From: Amoebidium appalachense
Taxonomy: Eukaryota; Protista; Ichthyosporea
NCBI GenBank assembly: GCA_963693365.1
Contig: CAVNZM010000001.1
Location: forward strand, 12,798,161-12,862,160
DNA length: 64,000 nucleotides
Direction of reading: 5' to 3'
Shown: positions 36,420 to 49,061 of the stretch, piece after piece
Layout of the letters: each line of letters starts with the position of its first letter
Numbering within the stretch: position 1 is the first letter of the stretch
Program-made: the position numbers and the translations under genes
Notes under the pieces: generated by a model
Databases searched by the model: none
What the model saw: the letters and a program-made list of their open reading frames with translations, nothing else
What the model was told of the DNA's origin: nothing

Positions 36420-38180
36420 GCTACTGCGACCAAACAAAAGGGGCGAACGATAAAACCAATGGAAAAAACGGATTGGCGGACGGGATCGCCTTCACAAAGG
36501 CGGGAGCATGAGCGTCGGGCGAGGCGATCCCGTGTTGGAATCGGCAGTGATCAAGAAGGCCAACATCCACGTCTGCCACCGCCAGCGAGTCGAAACTAAA
36601 ACGGGCCGGGCCGCGGATGAGTCACAGTTCGGAGGAGGGCTCGGAGCTCCAGAACGGCGCTGGGAAGTCCACGCTCGTGCGGTTCCCAGCGAGCCGCCAG
36701 CAGGACCGGTGGGCGGCGGGGGGAACAAAGAACCGCACCCCATTTTTGGAGCGTAGCAGCATCTGTGTCACAGTGACGCTGGGGAGAGGGGGCCACAGTT
36801 CGTACGGCGGGAGTTGGGGGATGCGGGTTGGGAGGGAGCCGATGATTTGGAGGAGCCGGCCCGAAAGGCGAAGCTTGTGGCGCCTCCTGGAGCCGGGCCG
36901 ACCCGAAAGGACGCCATAGACGGGTCGGATCAGGGTCAGGACGTGGGGAACCGCGGGCCGAAGACTCACGGCCAGGCCAAGCCAACGGGAGACGAGCTTG
37001 GCAGACACAAAGCGGCCGCGGCGTGACACACGGGCATGACCCATCACCGGGGCTGCCGTGGCCTCCCTGATCTTGGAGAGGGAGGCCGAGGTTGGACGGA
37101 GCTGGCCTTGAAGCAGGTCGATGGTAACCCCCAGGTGGTCCAGCACATGGGTGGTGGGCTGGCGCTGCAGACCGTGGGCGGACAACAGCTGGGTCACCAG
37201 ATCTCGAACCCCATAAATCCGAGGGGATCGATCGACAATCAAAAAATCGTCCAAATAAATGCACGCTCACACCCCAAATCCGAGGGGATCGATCAACAAT
37301 CAAAAATCGTCCAAATAAATGCACGCTCACACCCAAGCCTGCGCAGAGTACGGCCGAAGCAACGCATAAGCTGGGTGAAGAACCAGGGGCTCTGTGACCA
37401 ACCAAAGGGGAGGACGCAGTACTGGAACAGGCGGCCCTGGACCCGGCACTGGATGTACTTGCGGATGGCCGGATGGAGGGAGAGAGCGTGGTAGCCAGAC
37501 TTCAGTTCGAAGCTGAATCCGAGATCCCCCCGCCGCGCCAACACTGCCAGGTCGTGGAGACTGTCGAACTTGGTATGCAGCGGGAGGCATGCAGAATTGG
37601 TCGAATACGGATCGATGATTGGACGCCGGGAGCCACCGGACGTGGCGACCGTGAAACACGGATGAACTTCTTGAACGCAATATGATTGGCTGGGAGAAAT
37701 TTCTTCCAGCTCGCCATTGGCCACCATTTCCAAAGCTAGATCCAGGATGGTGGACTCGGGCACATTGTCCACCGGAATATAGTAGCCATGGTCGGCTGGG
37801 GGAGGAGGGCCCGAGGGGCCCCACCGAGGAAGGACGCCGTGACGAATCCATCTGAGCACAAAGGAACTGGCGCCGTTCCTTTCCCACTCCGCCGCGTGAT
37901 CCCGTACTCTCTGACAGAGGGGAGTGGGGTGTATGGGACGCGGAGCCACCAGTTAGTGAGCGGCCGGGGCGGGAGGTTCATGACGAGGGGCCCCACGCCC
38001 ACGGCAGGCCGGGCACCATTGGACGGGTTGCCAAGGACGTTGGCTGAATTCTGGTCGTTGCCGAAGTCGGAATCACGTGCAGGGTTACGGCGTGCAGCAC
38101 TGGCGAGCTGGAGACTGGCGGCCTTCTGCCTGGCGGCCACCAGGCCCCGGGACCAGGCGGGCAGGAACTCATGGGAGCTG
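36420..38180 (-). mobile_element. Degraded DIRS/Ngaro-type (tyrosine-recombinase class) retrotransposon, RT-RNase H region
   Basis: W..NGASSFVLRWIRHG, RRPIID, FELKSGYH, FQYCVLPFGWSQSPWFFT, frameshifted CIYLDDFLIV, HLGVTID and TDAA..WGAVL resemble DIRS pol. Multiple frameshifts; no recombinase ORF seen. Confidence 0.75.
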
Positions 38181-38399
38181 ACTGTAAAATTATATAAGTA
38201 TTTGGGACGGAAGCAGAGACACAGTGGTGCAGTGTGAAAACACCACCGTGACAGACACACAACAACAAAACACGGAACGATCGGAGCAGTGTACACAACA
38301 GACATCAATGTTTAGACACGACTGAACTCAATTTATTTCGATCTCGCATATATACTTGAAATTCCCTTAAGACAAATCCTACATGATTTCCGACCAGTC

Positions 38400-38610
38400 G
38401 GAAATCAGATCTATGTCTAAAGTAACCAATCACAATTAACTGATTATTTCCTGGATAGATCCGGAGACACAGGAACGCACACCATAGGTCACAGCTATAA
38501 GAAAGTATTGAGGTGAAAAGTAACGAGGAAAGAGGTGATGTTTCTAACCTATCACCGGCTACAAAGACTGTGTCTCAGACATTTTCTGACTAAGCCTACT
38601 GATTGGATAC
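38400..38610 (+). mobile_element. Possible highly degraded Ty1/copia RNase H remnant
   Basis: Broken frames give IYV*SNQS.., ERGDV.., SDIF/LTKP, reminiscent of the copia DNQSA and ADILTKPL motifs. Weak support. Confidence 0.3.
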
Positions 38611-38659
38611 AGTACGGCAACACACAAAACTAAAGTGGTTGACTAAGCTATGAATCATA

Positions 38660-39712
38660 CGTTACCGACGCCCCCATGCCTTACGAAATTCAGCGGGTTG
38701 GGTCAACGGACACCGTTCGGGCACACGCACGTCACTTAAAGCCGTATTTTCCCTGGGACGACGTTGATATGACGCCAGCCGACTCTGGTCCGCAAGATTC
38801 ACCCACCCCCACCTTCGAAGTGGCAAAAATTATTGCCCACAAGTACGACTCGGCAACTGCCCAAGCCCTTTACAAAGTTCGTTGGAAAGGGTACACGGCT
38901 AAGAACGACACCTGGGAACCTCACTCCGGCCTGCAAGACACAGCCGCAGGAGCACTCACAGACTACCTAGGTACTTTGGTGGCCGGCCCTGCCAGCCAGC
39001 CCGCACGAAAGAAGCGCCGACGTCGCTAACTTCCCTCAGCCTGGTGGTTTACCGTCTCCAGACCATACCACCAGGCTCCCGAGAAGGGGGGGAGTGTAAA
39101 CATCTGTACACGCCGTACATGTTTACTATTACGACTATACTGTACATATCATAGTGATCACGTAGATATTGTGTACATATGATCAGATCAATATCACACG
39201 TGACAGCCGCGGGCTGCGGCTCACGACTGAGCCGCGGCGCCGGTAATATGCAGTGGCCGTGCAGTCAGTACGAACCAATAGGAATTCGAGAACCGCCGCT
39301 AGGATAGGAATGCAAGTCTCATCCACAACGGAGGCGACATCTATAGCTAAACGAACGGAACCAATAAGGAAATCAGACCCAGTTGCATAAAACTAAACGG
39401 GCTTAAGTGTTGACCAATCAGTTTGCCACAAAGTTATCCTTTTAGTTAGCTTCATGTTATTGGTGCACTGTGTGCAATGGCATAAAGACGACCGCAACTT
39501 CTGACTGGTCAGAAGTCGCGAAGGCATCAATGCCACCCATCCAGATGATCCGGAACCTGGGGGCTATATAAACAAGCCGTCCCAGTACGGGGGATAACTC
39601 TGAACGAGCACATTAAATAGTAACCTGGCCGCGTGTGCCTTACTACCCGTTCTCTGTCTTTATTCTGATTCAGTTGTTCTCTGCCTTATCCCAACTAGTT
39701 CAACTGTTTACA
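38660..39712 (+). mobile_element. 5'-truncated Ty3/gypsy chromovirus: integrase tail, chromodomain, PPT and 3' LTR
   Basis: ORF 38676-39029 (HARHLKPY..FEVAKIIAHK..YKVRWKGYTAKNDTWEP). [17 protein letters not shown] at 39081-39094. LTR 39095-39712 is bounded by TGTAAACA...TGTTTACA and contains TATATAAA and ATTAAA. Confidence 0.85.
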
Positions 39713-39732
39713 GTAACGCTCTCGTATGTATG

Positions 39733-42700
39733 TTTTTTTTGTTTTTTTCTTTTGACTGGATTTATTCGATATAAATGTTCTATGTATAGTCGTATGTATA
39801 TACCTAGTAGGTTATACATTGTATATCCATATGGATATACATAGGTTATACATTGGATATACATAGAATATCCTATGTATAGTGCAATGTATATGCATCG
39901 GATATCCTATGTATAGTGCAATGTATATACATCGGATACCCTACGTATAGTGCAATGTATATACATCGGATATACATATGACATACGCTTTACGACATCC
40001 ATAAACCCTATGGATGTCGTAAAGCGTATATCCAATGTATATACATAAGACACTCCGTTTACCCCATGGAACTCTTTACACTATCGTAAAGAGGTCGTGC
40101 AACCACTCCATATGAACTCGCGGTGTGCTTTACGATGGGTGACAGGTTTAAGCCATCGGAGATGGCATTACGAGGGGTATACGATCCCCGGTGGAGATTG
40201 CTTATGTAGAGGCAACAACTGTCGTAGGGACTGCAAAACGTGAGACTGTCTCACCCGAACGGAAGGGTACTCAACCGTGCCCACCACCTGCTCGCCAAGG
40301 GCAAATAGAAACTCAACAAACTCATTATAACAAACCTCCAAAATAGCCGGGTTCCGCTGCGCACGGCGAGTAACTGGTTTAACTTGTGCTTGAAACCGCG
40401 AGATAAGAGGTGGCGGTTAGTCTGAGTAGCCCCGCCGAAGTGAACAGGGAAGGAAACCGAAAATTGTACAGGGGAATGGTCCGAACTTAGTACGCTGTAA
40501 GGAATCAGGTGGGGAAATTACTCGAAGGGTGGAGTCCCAAAACGAGGCACCCCAGTCAGTCGCGTGGTTAGCGAAAACGCGAGGAAGACGGACAAGGTGC
40601 TTTCGAAGAAGGTTGGCGAGGACACGAGCACGGTCAGAAAAAGGACGAAACTGTGCCAGGGACGGGGTATGTTCCCTATCACACGGAACCACTGGACAAT
40701 TGAAGTCACCGATAAAAACTTGAGGAACGGGAATTTGGTTAACCACGGCTGACAAAGTGTCAGTACCTAACGACGGAGGAAAGTACACGAAAGACAAAGT
40801 CCACGCACGAAACTGAATGGTGACGAAATACTCATGCGCCGCAATGACCCTGCAATCCGAGCGAATGCTAGGATTGGCTAAAACCGCGATGCCGCCTCGG
40901 GAGAAACCAGTCGATGACGAAGACCCAATCAAAAATCCGGATTGCTCCAACTGATGATGATTGTAGAACCATGTCTCGGCAAGAACAACAAAAGAATAGG
41001 TACGAACAGAGTCGAAAATGTATTGCAATTGCGGGGATTGTAAACCATGAACATTCCAAAACAAAAAAGAAAGAGGTTGAGATTGTTGAGCCATTTAATT
41101 TCCGGCAGCGGCCTGCGGTGTGCCAATCCGATCCAACCACGCACGATAAAAAGCCGCCACCTCCTGGGCCGCAGTCACATGGCGGGGGGATCCGTCCGCC
41201 CGCTCGAAAAAGGCCACCTGTTTCTGCAACCGCCCGTGAAGCATGTCCACAGCGGTTTTGCCGGCGGCCATAAATTTCTGTTGCCGAATGTTACTGAGCG
41301 CATCAGGCTGAAAAGCCGCCGAGTCCAGAATTTCGAGGTGCAGAAGGTTGCGCAGCTTGGTGCACAACTCACACCGGCACGAACACCCCCGTGTGTGGCG
41401 TCTGTAGCCTTCGCCGACGACACAACATGGTTTGGCCCCAACAAGGAGAGCATCCAGCAAACTCTCACCTTATCTGCCCCCTTTTTTTACTACCATGACT
41501 TGGAACCACACCCAGACAAGTTTTCAGTCCTCGCCCGTGGTACCCCAACACGGGCAACAGTGGCCCCCCTGCAGCACCGCAAATCCCCGGGAGCACCACC
41601 CCTACCCATTCAGATCGAGCCCCCCGATACGCACATCAGAGTGCTAGGGGTCAACATCACCCTCCAACGACACACCCGCCCCAACGATGGGAAGGCCATG
41701 CAGCTGACATTACGGGCCACCACCATACTAGCCCGTAAAATGCTGGCACCCAGCCAAGTGATCTACGTAGCCAACAGTGTGGTGGCCCCGGCCATCCTCT
41801 TCCTCCTCAAAGGGTCAGTCATCAGCAACACCACCATGCAGGTAATCGACAGCCTCAAGTGGAGAGACCTACTCCGTCGGAAGTGTGGATTCCACCGGAG
41901 CACCCCGTCCGGGCTGCTACACCATCCCACTCTAGGGGGACTGGCCAGCATCGTCGAATCAGCAGCCAGCACCATGGTTACGGAGCTGTGTGCCCTGCTG
42001 GAAACACCAGGACCAGCAGGGGACGTGGTCCGGTACCGAGCCTGGCAGCAGCAACACGTGACAGGCCTACCCTACCCACCCCTGCAAGCACCCCCAGCCA
42101 AACTTTACAGGCTAGGGGGAAAGCAGCTCCACAACTATTGGGCCCATATCATGGGGATCCTTCACGAGCGGCACCTGAGTATTGGGGAAACCCCCCCAAA
42201 AAAAAACACAAGCCCCCCCCCCCCCCCCCCCCCCCCCACCCCCCCAAGGAAAAGGAGGGGAAGCAGCAACAACAACCAGCACCCCTATCAACACCGTTTT
42301 CCCGGACCACACCTTTGCGGCCCACATCGGCCCCCCCACACACCCCCGTCAACTCTACACGGTGGAGGACACCATGGTACGGCCGGGGGTGTTCCGGGCG
42401 TTCCCCGAACTGCCCCACCCCCCAGACCTACTACACCCGGGAGCTACACAGTGGTACAGGTCATGATCATCAAGGGGCCATCCCCATCGCAGCCCAACTA
42501 CGGCCAGCACCCAGACCACACACCCACCACACCATTGACCTCGTGGCAAACCACCCCGTCGGTGCATTTGTGGTGGAAATAGTCAAGAACGGGCAATACG
42601 AACTCAGCCAGGTGGTGGCCCACACCACCCACAACGGGGAGGCTTGGGTCAAAATAGCCCATCTACGGGACAACACAGAGGAGGAGGGGCTGAGATGGCA

Positions 42701-43902
42701 CCGACCCACGTGGAACGACCCACATATGGAACAGCCCATTTCCGTTTTTGCCCCGGTGACTGCAAATATGGCCACTCCCCATGGAACCTGGCCTACACCC
42801 CGGCCACCCTCTCCCCCAGCCCCGGGAACGCAGACGGAAAGGGGGAAGGGTCAGACACGGAGCCAGAATCGGAGTCGACGGGGCCCAGCGACGACTCCGA
42901 CGACTCAGAGGACTCTAGCACTGACAGTACCAACAGCAAATACGAGCCCCCTGAGCCCCCAGCCGATAACCACACCCACAACAAGCAGTGTGTGGGGTGG
43001 ACCTGTGCTGTGGAGGTGATACGGGCAGACCCCTACGTGGCCTTCAAGACCCGAATCACCACCCACATGGTAGTCCCGAAGTACCACAAGGACTTCAGGA
43101 TCGACATCTACCAAGTGATTGCACTGAAGGATGGCTCCGATCCGGCTGAGCAGTGGAGGAAGATACACCATTTTCGGCGGCATCTTCTCCCCCACCAACA
43201 GGGATCCACCTGCAAGCCAACGAGGAGGCCACACCCTTGCCGGGGGACCTCCCCGGCCCAACCCCCCCCCAGCAGCCACCACCGGTAGGGTCACCACCAG
43301 GACACAAGTGCACGGCCCACCCGGCTGACCTGCCGAGCCCACCCACTCCCCGTAGGCTCACCTACACCGACTTGGTGCCCCAGGCCACCTATGACGAGTG
43401 GCAGCAGCAAATCACCCGGATCCCCCCAGACCAACCGATCACCGTTTAAACGGACGGCAGTCTCATCCACCCGGGCAGGAGGATAGCACAGGCCGGAGCC
43501 GGGGCTGTGCTGCAGTGGACACCCCGGACCGGAAAGCACCACCAGTGACGGCCAAGACCAGGCTCCATACGGCCCTATCATCCACCCAAGCCGAACTCAC
43601 AGGGGTACTACTAGCCCTCCTGCTCACCCCCACCACCACCCCCATCCACATCAAGCTCGATAACCTCGGAGTAGTCGACCGATGGGGGGCAAACATGGAC
43701 CCCACCACACCCCCTCGACGTAAGCTAAAGTTCCCCCACATAGTGGAATGGGCTCACGTACGAGACCAACTCTCCCTACGGCAACCAGGCTCTGTACAGG
43801 TATCGTGGGTGAAGAGGCACCAATCCAACACCAAACGGTACGGTCAACGGAATAACGAGGCAGACAAGGCAGCCAATGCAGGAAGAGCCCTCCCCCCCCC
43901 CC

Positions 43903-43948
<46 letters not shown>

Positions 43949-46470
43949 ATACTTCCTACGACTACAAGGCCACCGTATCCCCCGGGCCGGCAACATTCCC
44001 GGTACACTCAACCGGTTGAACAAGGACTTCCTCACCGACATGGCCGGCAACTGACCAAGGCTATGTCCATACTAGCCGACCCCAGACTACTCCCAGCCGA
44101 ACGAAACCCCCTCAAGCTCAACAAGGGGCCCGCACAGGCAACCATCGGGGCCGTCAGAGGTAACATTCGTAGCCTGTCCCTGGCCATGGGCACCCTGCCT
44201 ACCATGACACGGCTACACCGAGATCACCCCACCGTCGTTACACAGCCCACATGCCCCCGGTATAGCCAGCACCCTGAGACCACCACGGCACCTCTGGGCC
44301 TGCCCGGCCCATGCCGGGGCTCGAGGTCCCCACCCTGACCACGGCCATCACAGCCTGCATCCACAACGTCCTGCACACTCGTCATCCAAACACCCCCACG
44401 GCACAGCACCACCATACGGCAGCCACGGTGGTAGACCAATGTGCATGGATAAACTGGATAGGAGGCAACGGTGGCCCACCAGACCACGAAGACATCAAGT
44501 GGGTCGAAGGGGTATTCTGCCCACGCTCGGTGGGCCCACTACTTGCAGCCACCGGCACCACCAAGACCACCATCCGGGCCATCATAGGAAAAATCACAGT
44601 AGAGTTGCAGTCCTTTTTCTTTTCGAAAATTTGGCACCCACGGAACACAACACTCCCCCCCACCCACCCCAAAATGCAAAAACACCACCATATACCCACC
44701 ACCTGTAGAAAGAAAAGTATGGCTCCCTGTCAAAAACCCAAGACCGTGACACCAACAAATACACCCCCCACACACACCCGGCCAGCCTGTTCTGACTGCC
44801 GGAACACACACAGACCCAGTGTGCCCTGTAAAACCCACCTTTTAGTCAGCAAAAACATCGCCACAACATACGTACAACAACACATAATGTTAGGCAGCAA
44901 CCCCCCCCCCCCCCCCACCACCACCACCACACCCCATCATCCACCCATACCCACCGTAAATACTATACACAACACGTAGGACTTCCCAATACTGTAGATC
45001 GACCAATGAGAGCCCTCGGTTAACGTTTATTGCTAGGTTTTGAATGGAGGGGAGGACTGGAGCCTCCGAGTCCTGCCGGCGTGGCTGGGGTAGTAGCCCT
45101 GGGCAAACTGTGTACTTATAGTTAGGTTGTGAAGGATGGTTTAGCTTAGCTGAACTCATAGATAGCACCTTAACTACTAGTAGTGTACTGTCGGTGCTGT
45201 GTGGTAGACGGTAGTTTCCCTAGAGGCCCTCCGGGAACTAAACGTGATTAAAAAAAAAAAAAAAAAAAAAATTGGTGCACAACTCAGCCTCGTAGTCCTC
45301 CTCAACAAGAAGCTCAAGTACACGGCCGCCGATGAAGGAATAATTGCGAATTTTGCTGGTGCGCACACGAATTGCCCGAAAATCTTGCTTGATCTGCGAG
45401 ATGGGGCCGCGAGCAAGGGTGACGTAGACGGGTTTGAAAGCGGGAGAGTGAGAACGGGCTTGGTCCTGACGTGGCATGGGGTTGACAGGACGGGGACGGC
45501 ACCGTTCACGAAGGCGCTTGACAGCGGCCACAAAGCTGTCAACAGCCTCAGGCTTGCCCTTGACCGAGCCAACCTTGTTGGCCTCCTCACGAAGTGCGTC
45601 CTCCTCGGAGCGAGCAGCGGCGGCAGCATAGGAAACGGTTATGGAATTGGCAGGGGGGGCGGCTCCGCGAATCTCCGACCGTTCCGGAATGACGGTGGGA
45701 ATGCGAGGGCCACCACCGTTAGGGGGAGAGGCCGCAGCAGCTGCCGCAGCGGCCGGCCCCACCGGCTGCTCACGGGAAGGGGCGAAGACGTATCGATGAA
45801 ACGAGCCAGGGTGGCGTTGAGTTCCTTCACCTGTTGCAGGAGCTCAGTCACTTGGACGAGGCGGGCATTTTCATCACGTAGGTCCTTGTCAATGAGTTGG
45901 TCTGTGTTGGTCTTGGGTTTCTTAGCGGCTGGGATGGAAGGTTGTGGAGTAGACAACACAACCTGCTGACTCGCCTATTGGGACTCAAAATCCAGGATGT
46001 CGTCGGAGTTTTCGATAACGAGGACACCAAACCGGTTTGCATGTTGGGGCGGGGGGAACTGCTCGGGACTGTGCACCCGCTTGCCATCGAGAGGGACGAG
46101 GTCGTGTTGGGAGGCCATGGTGTTCAATGCCGGGCCTGAATAAAACAAAAGATGTAAAACGGTATATATACTGATTCAGAAAGGGAATTCAAATCCGATG
46201 ACGTAGGTAGTTACTAGTAATCAATCAAGAAAGTCAAAATCATAAGACGTAGTCCGAATAAAACAAAAGATGTAAAACGGTATATATACTGAAAGGGAAT
46301 TCAAATCCGATGACGTAGGTAGTTAATCAATCAAGAAAGTCAAAATCATAAGACATAGTCAAGCTTACCATGAAACTTGCGGAGGCTTACCATAAACTGA
46401 AAATTTGATGGTATTTTCGAAAAGTTTAGGGTATTTTTTACCGTAAAAACGGGGTTATGGCCGGGCCTGG
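39733..46470 (-). mobile_element. APE-type LINE, family B, copy 1: ORF1 + endonuclease; RT missing; interrupted by another LINE
   Basis: Reverse complement of 47396-48068 plus 53860-55370. ORF1 at 46119-45287 and 41371-41095. ORF2 APE starts at 41094 (FWNVHGL..LAETW..RGGIA..VYFPP..IGDFNC). Family 3' tail at 39769-39733. A ~118-bp tandem duplication in the 5' region (46138-46360). Confidence 0.85.
41372..45271 (+). mobile_element. 5'-truncated LINE, family A, with RT end, RNase H, Zn knuckle and poly(A) tail
   Basis: VAFADDTTW..IRVLGV..GGLA (RT); TDGS, SSTQAELTGV, IKLDN, WVKRH..NNEADKAA (RNase H); GTLPT..RL..TCPR..ET..HLWAC (zf-RVT-like). A22 tail at 45250-45271. 15-bp TSD TTGGTGCACAACTCA at 41357-41371 and 45272-45286. 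Contains frameshifts and stops. Confidence 0.9.
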
Positions 46471-47137
46471 TGCAGGCTGTGAAATTAGGGGGTTTAGAGG
46501 CACAAAAATGCCCCTGAAAACCCGAAAAGTGTCCCTAACTTTTGGAGGTTATGTCCACTGATTTTTGAGCTTGTGACCCTATTGGGGTCATAGGAAATTA
46601 ATCACAATGTATATAAAGCATAATAAAAGCTTGAATACTTGTCTAACCTATTACTGTTATAGTCGTTTTAGAGGGAAGAAAAGGTGTTGGTTTAACACAA
46701 TCTCTTAAAAGATTGTTGTTTCAAGCCCCGTGCCTGGATATACGGCTTCTGAATGTTCACCTGCCGAGATAGCCCAAAGCACTAATTTTGATCAGTTTCC
46801 GTTTGAAGCCTGATTATGCCGTGTATTGATATGATGTTGTTATCATTGTTTAAAAAAATATAGGGGACATTAAATCCTTTTGCATAGTGATTTGATATCA
46901 CCCAGAAACCGCTTGGCGAACCTACGTATACTAAGCATATCCATACTGTACCAACCTCACAAACCTCTCACACACCGGTACAAACCCACACATATTAGTC
47001 TCACATGCACACACATTATACATACTCTTGGTATATCCAACGATATACTGAAAGTAAGATAAACGCCAGATATACTTGCTTAAAACCGATTTCTTGATAT
47101 ATATGCAGCATTTACATTAGGGGTCAAAAAATACCCC

Positions 47138-47387
47138 GTAATTCTTGTTTTCATCGCCGCTGGTGCCACTTTTGTGCTGAACTTTTTAATCGCAAGCATG
47201 TTGATAGGTGTGAGTTTTTATGTCGCGTTTTACCTCTTTCCCTACGGGTGTCTGCTACACTAGCTGGCAATGTGAACACTTTAGACTTTTTGTTGAATTC
47301 TGTTGGTCGTCACATTGAGTATTTATATGATTTTCACACAGTGTTCAGGTATCTCAGTATGCACTTGTTACTGGATAACTTGTGAAG
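47138..47387 (+). repeat. Slightly diverged copy of the LINE B 3' region placed directly upstream of LINE B copy 2
   Basis: Aligns to 57331-57580 (GTAATTCTTGTTTTCATCGCCGC...CTGGATAACT) with a few substitutions. Confidence 0.9.
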
Positions 47388-49061
47388 ATTCGTGAGACTT
47401 TCTTGATTGATTAACTCCCTACGTCATCGGATTTGAATTCCCTTACAGTATATATACCGTTTTACATCTTTTGTTTTATTCAGGCCCAACACCATGGCCT
47501 CCCAGCACGACCTCGTCCCTCTCGATGGCAAGCGGGTGCACAGTCCCGAGCAGTCCCCCCCGCCCCACCATGCCAACCGGTTTGGTGTCCTCGCTATCGA
47601 AAACTCCGACGACATCCTGGATTTTGAGTCCCAACAGGCGAGTCAGCAGGTTGTGTTGTCTACTCCACAACCTTCCATCCCAGCCACTAAGAAACCCAAG
47701 ACCAACACAGACCAACTCAAGGACCTACGTGATGAAAATGCCCGCCTTCGCAGCCAAGTGACTGAGCTCCTGCAGCAGGTGAAGGAACTCACGCCACCCT
47801 GGCTCGTTTCATCGATACACCTTCGCCTTCCCGTGAGCCTCAGCCGGTGGGGCCGGCCACTGCGGCAGCTGCTGCGGCGTCTCCCCCTAACGGTGGTGGC
47901 CCTCGCATTCCCACCGTCATTCCGGAACGGTCGGAGATTCGCGGAGCCGCCCCCCCTGCCAATTCCATACCCGTTTCCTATGCTGCCGCCGCCGCTCGCT
48001 CCGAGGAGGACGCACTTCGTGAGGAGGCCAACAAGGTTGGCTCGGTCAAGGGCAAGCCTGAGGCTGTTTGTCGTATCCTATTGTGTATGTACTAGAGACG
48101 CGGCACTCTACTAAGTGTACACACACGAAAAGGAACGAACGTGTACGGAAAAACGGTAAAGTTTATTCAGACCAGGCTCCGACGGGCAAAACTTAGATCC
48201 GTACGGAAATTCAGGAGGCTAAGTCACAACTGAGGCCATCAAGGCCGTGCCCTCAAAGATCATCATCACCTGGCCCCCTACGATGCCACATTCCAAACAT
48301 TCCGATCTACTTTTATCGTGCGCCTGCACGAGCTAAGTCGATCTACTCAACTAATATATTTATCCATGTCTCACCCCTCACCCTCCCCCTAGTGGCACCG
48401 CAGAGTCTAAATCTACATTTCATACTATCCTCCCCCCCCCCGGCTCCCTCCCCCCCTTTCCTCTACATCTAAATATATAAATACGTTTGGCAACATACAC
48501 TATCAAACCTTTCCAATACTTACAAAAGGGCTTCTGCCCGAACAATCACATTCCTAAGTCCTCCTACGATCTATCCTACACCCTAATTAGAATTCTATTG
48601 GTCGGCTGTCCCGGCTGACGTGGTCCAATGCCCTGCGCCGGCAGAGGCAAGATGCACGCAGCTGTACAGCTATCTTGAGGCCCCGGACTTGATCTTGATG
48701 ATCTGTGGACCCGGGCCACCCCCCCCCCCCCCCCCCCCGATCTCGATCGTAGACTTAGGCTAATCTGCTGAGACGGATTAGTATATGTCAACTCCCCCCC
48801 CGGCCCCCGGAAAAGCTGAGTCCCACCTCAGTCACATTACATCTAACACCCCCTAAAAAGACATAGACTAATCAGTCTCCCAAAAAAAATTAAAATTAAA
48901 TAAATTACGAAGAAGAATAATAAATTAATCTACACCATATAAGATTGATACCTACGGAGACACCTATGATAATAAATTAAATTCCTACGACTACGTTCAC
49001 ACTCCTCCTCGGTCTCCTCCCCCCCCCTCCCCCTCCCCCCGTGTGTCTACGTGTATTTGCA

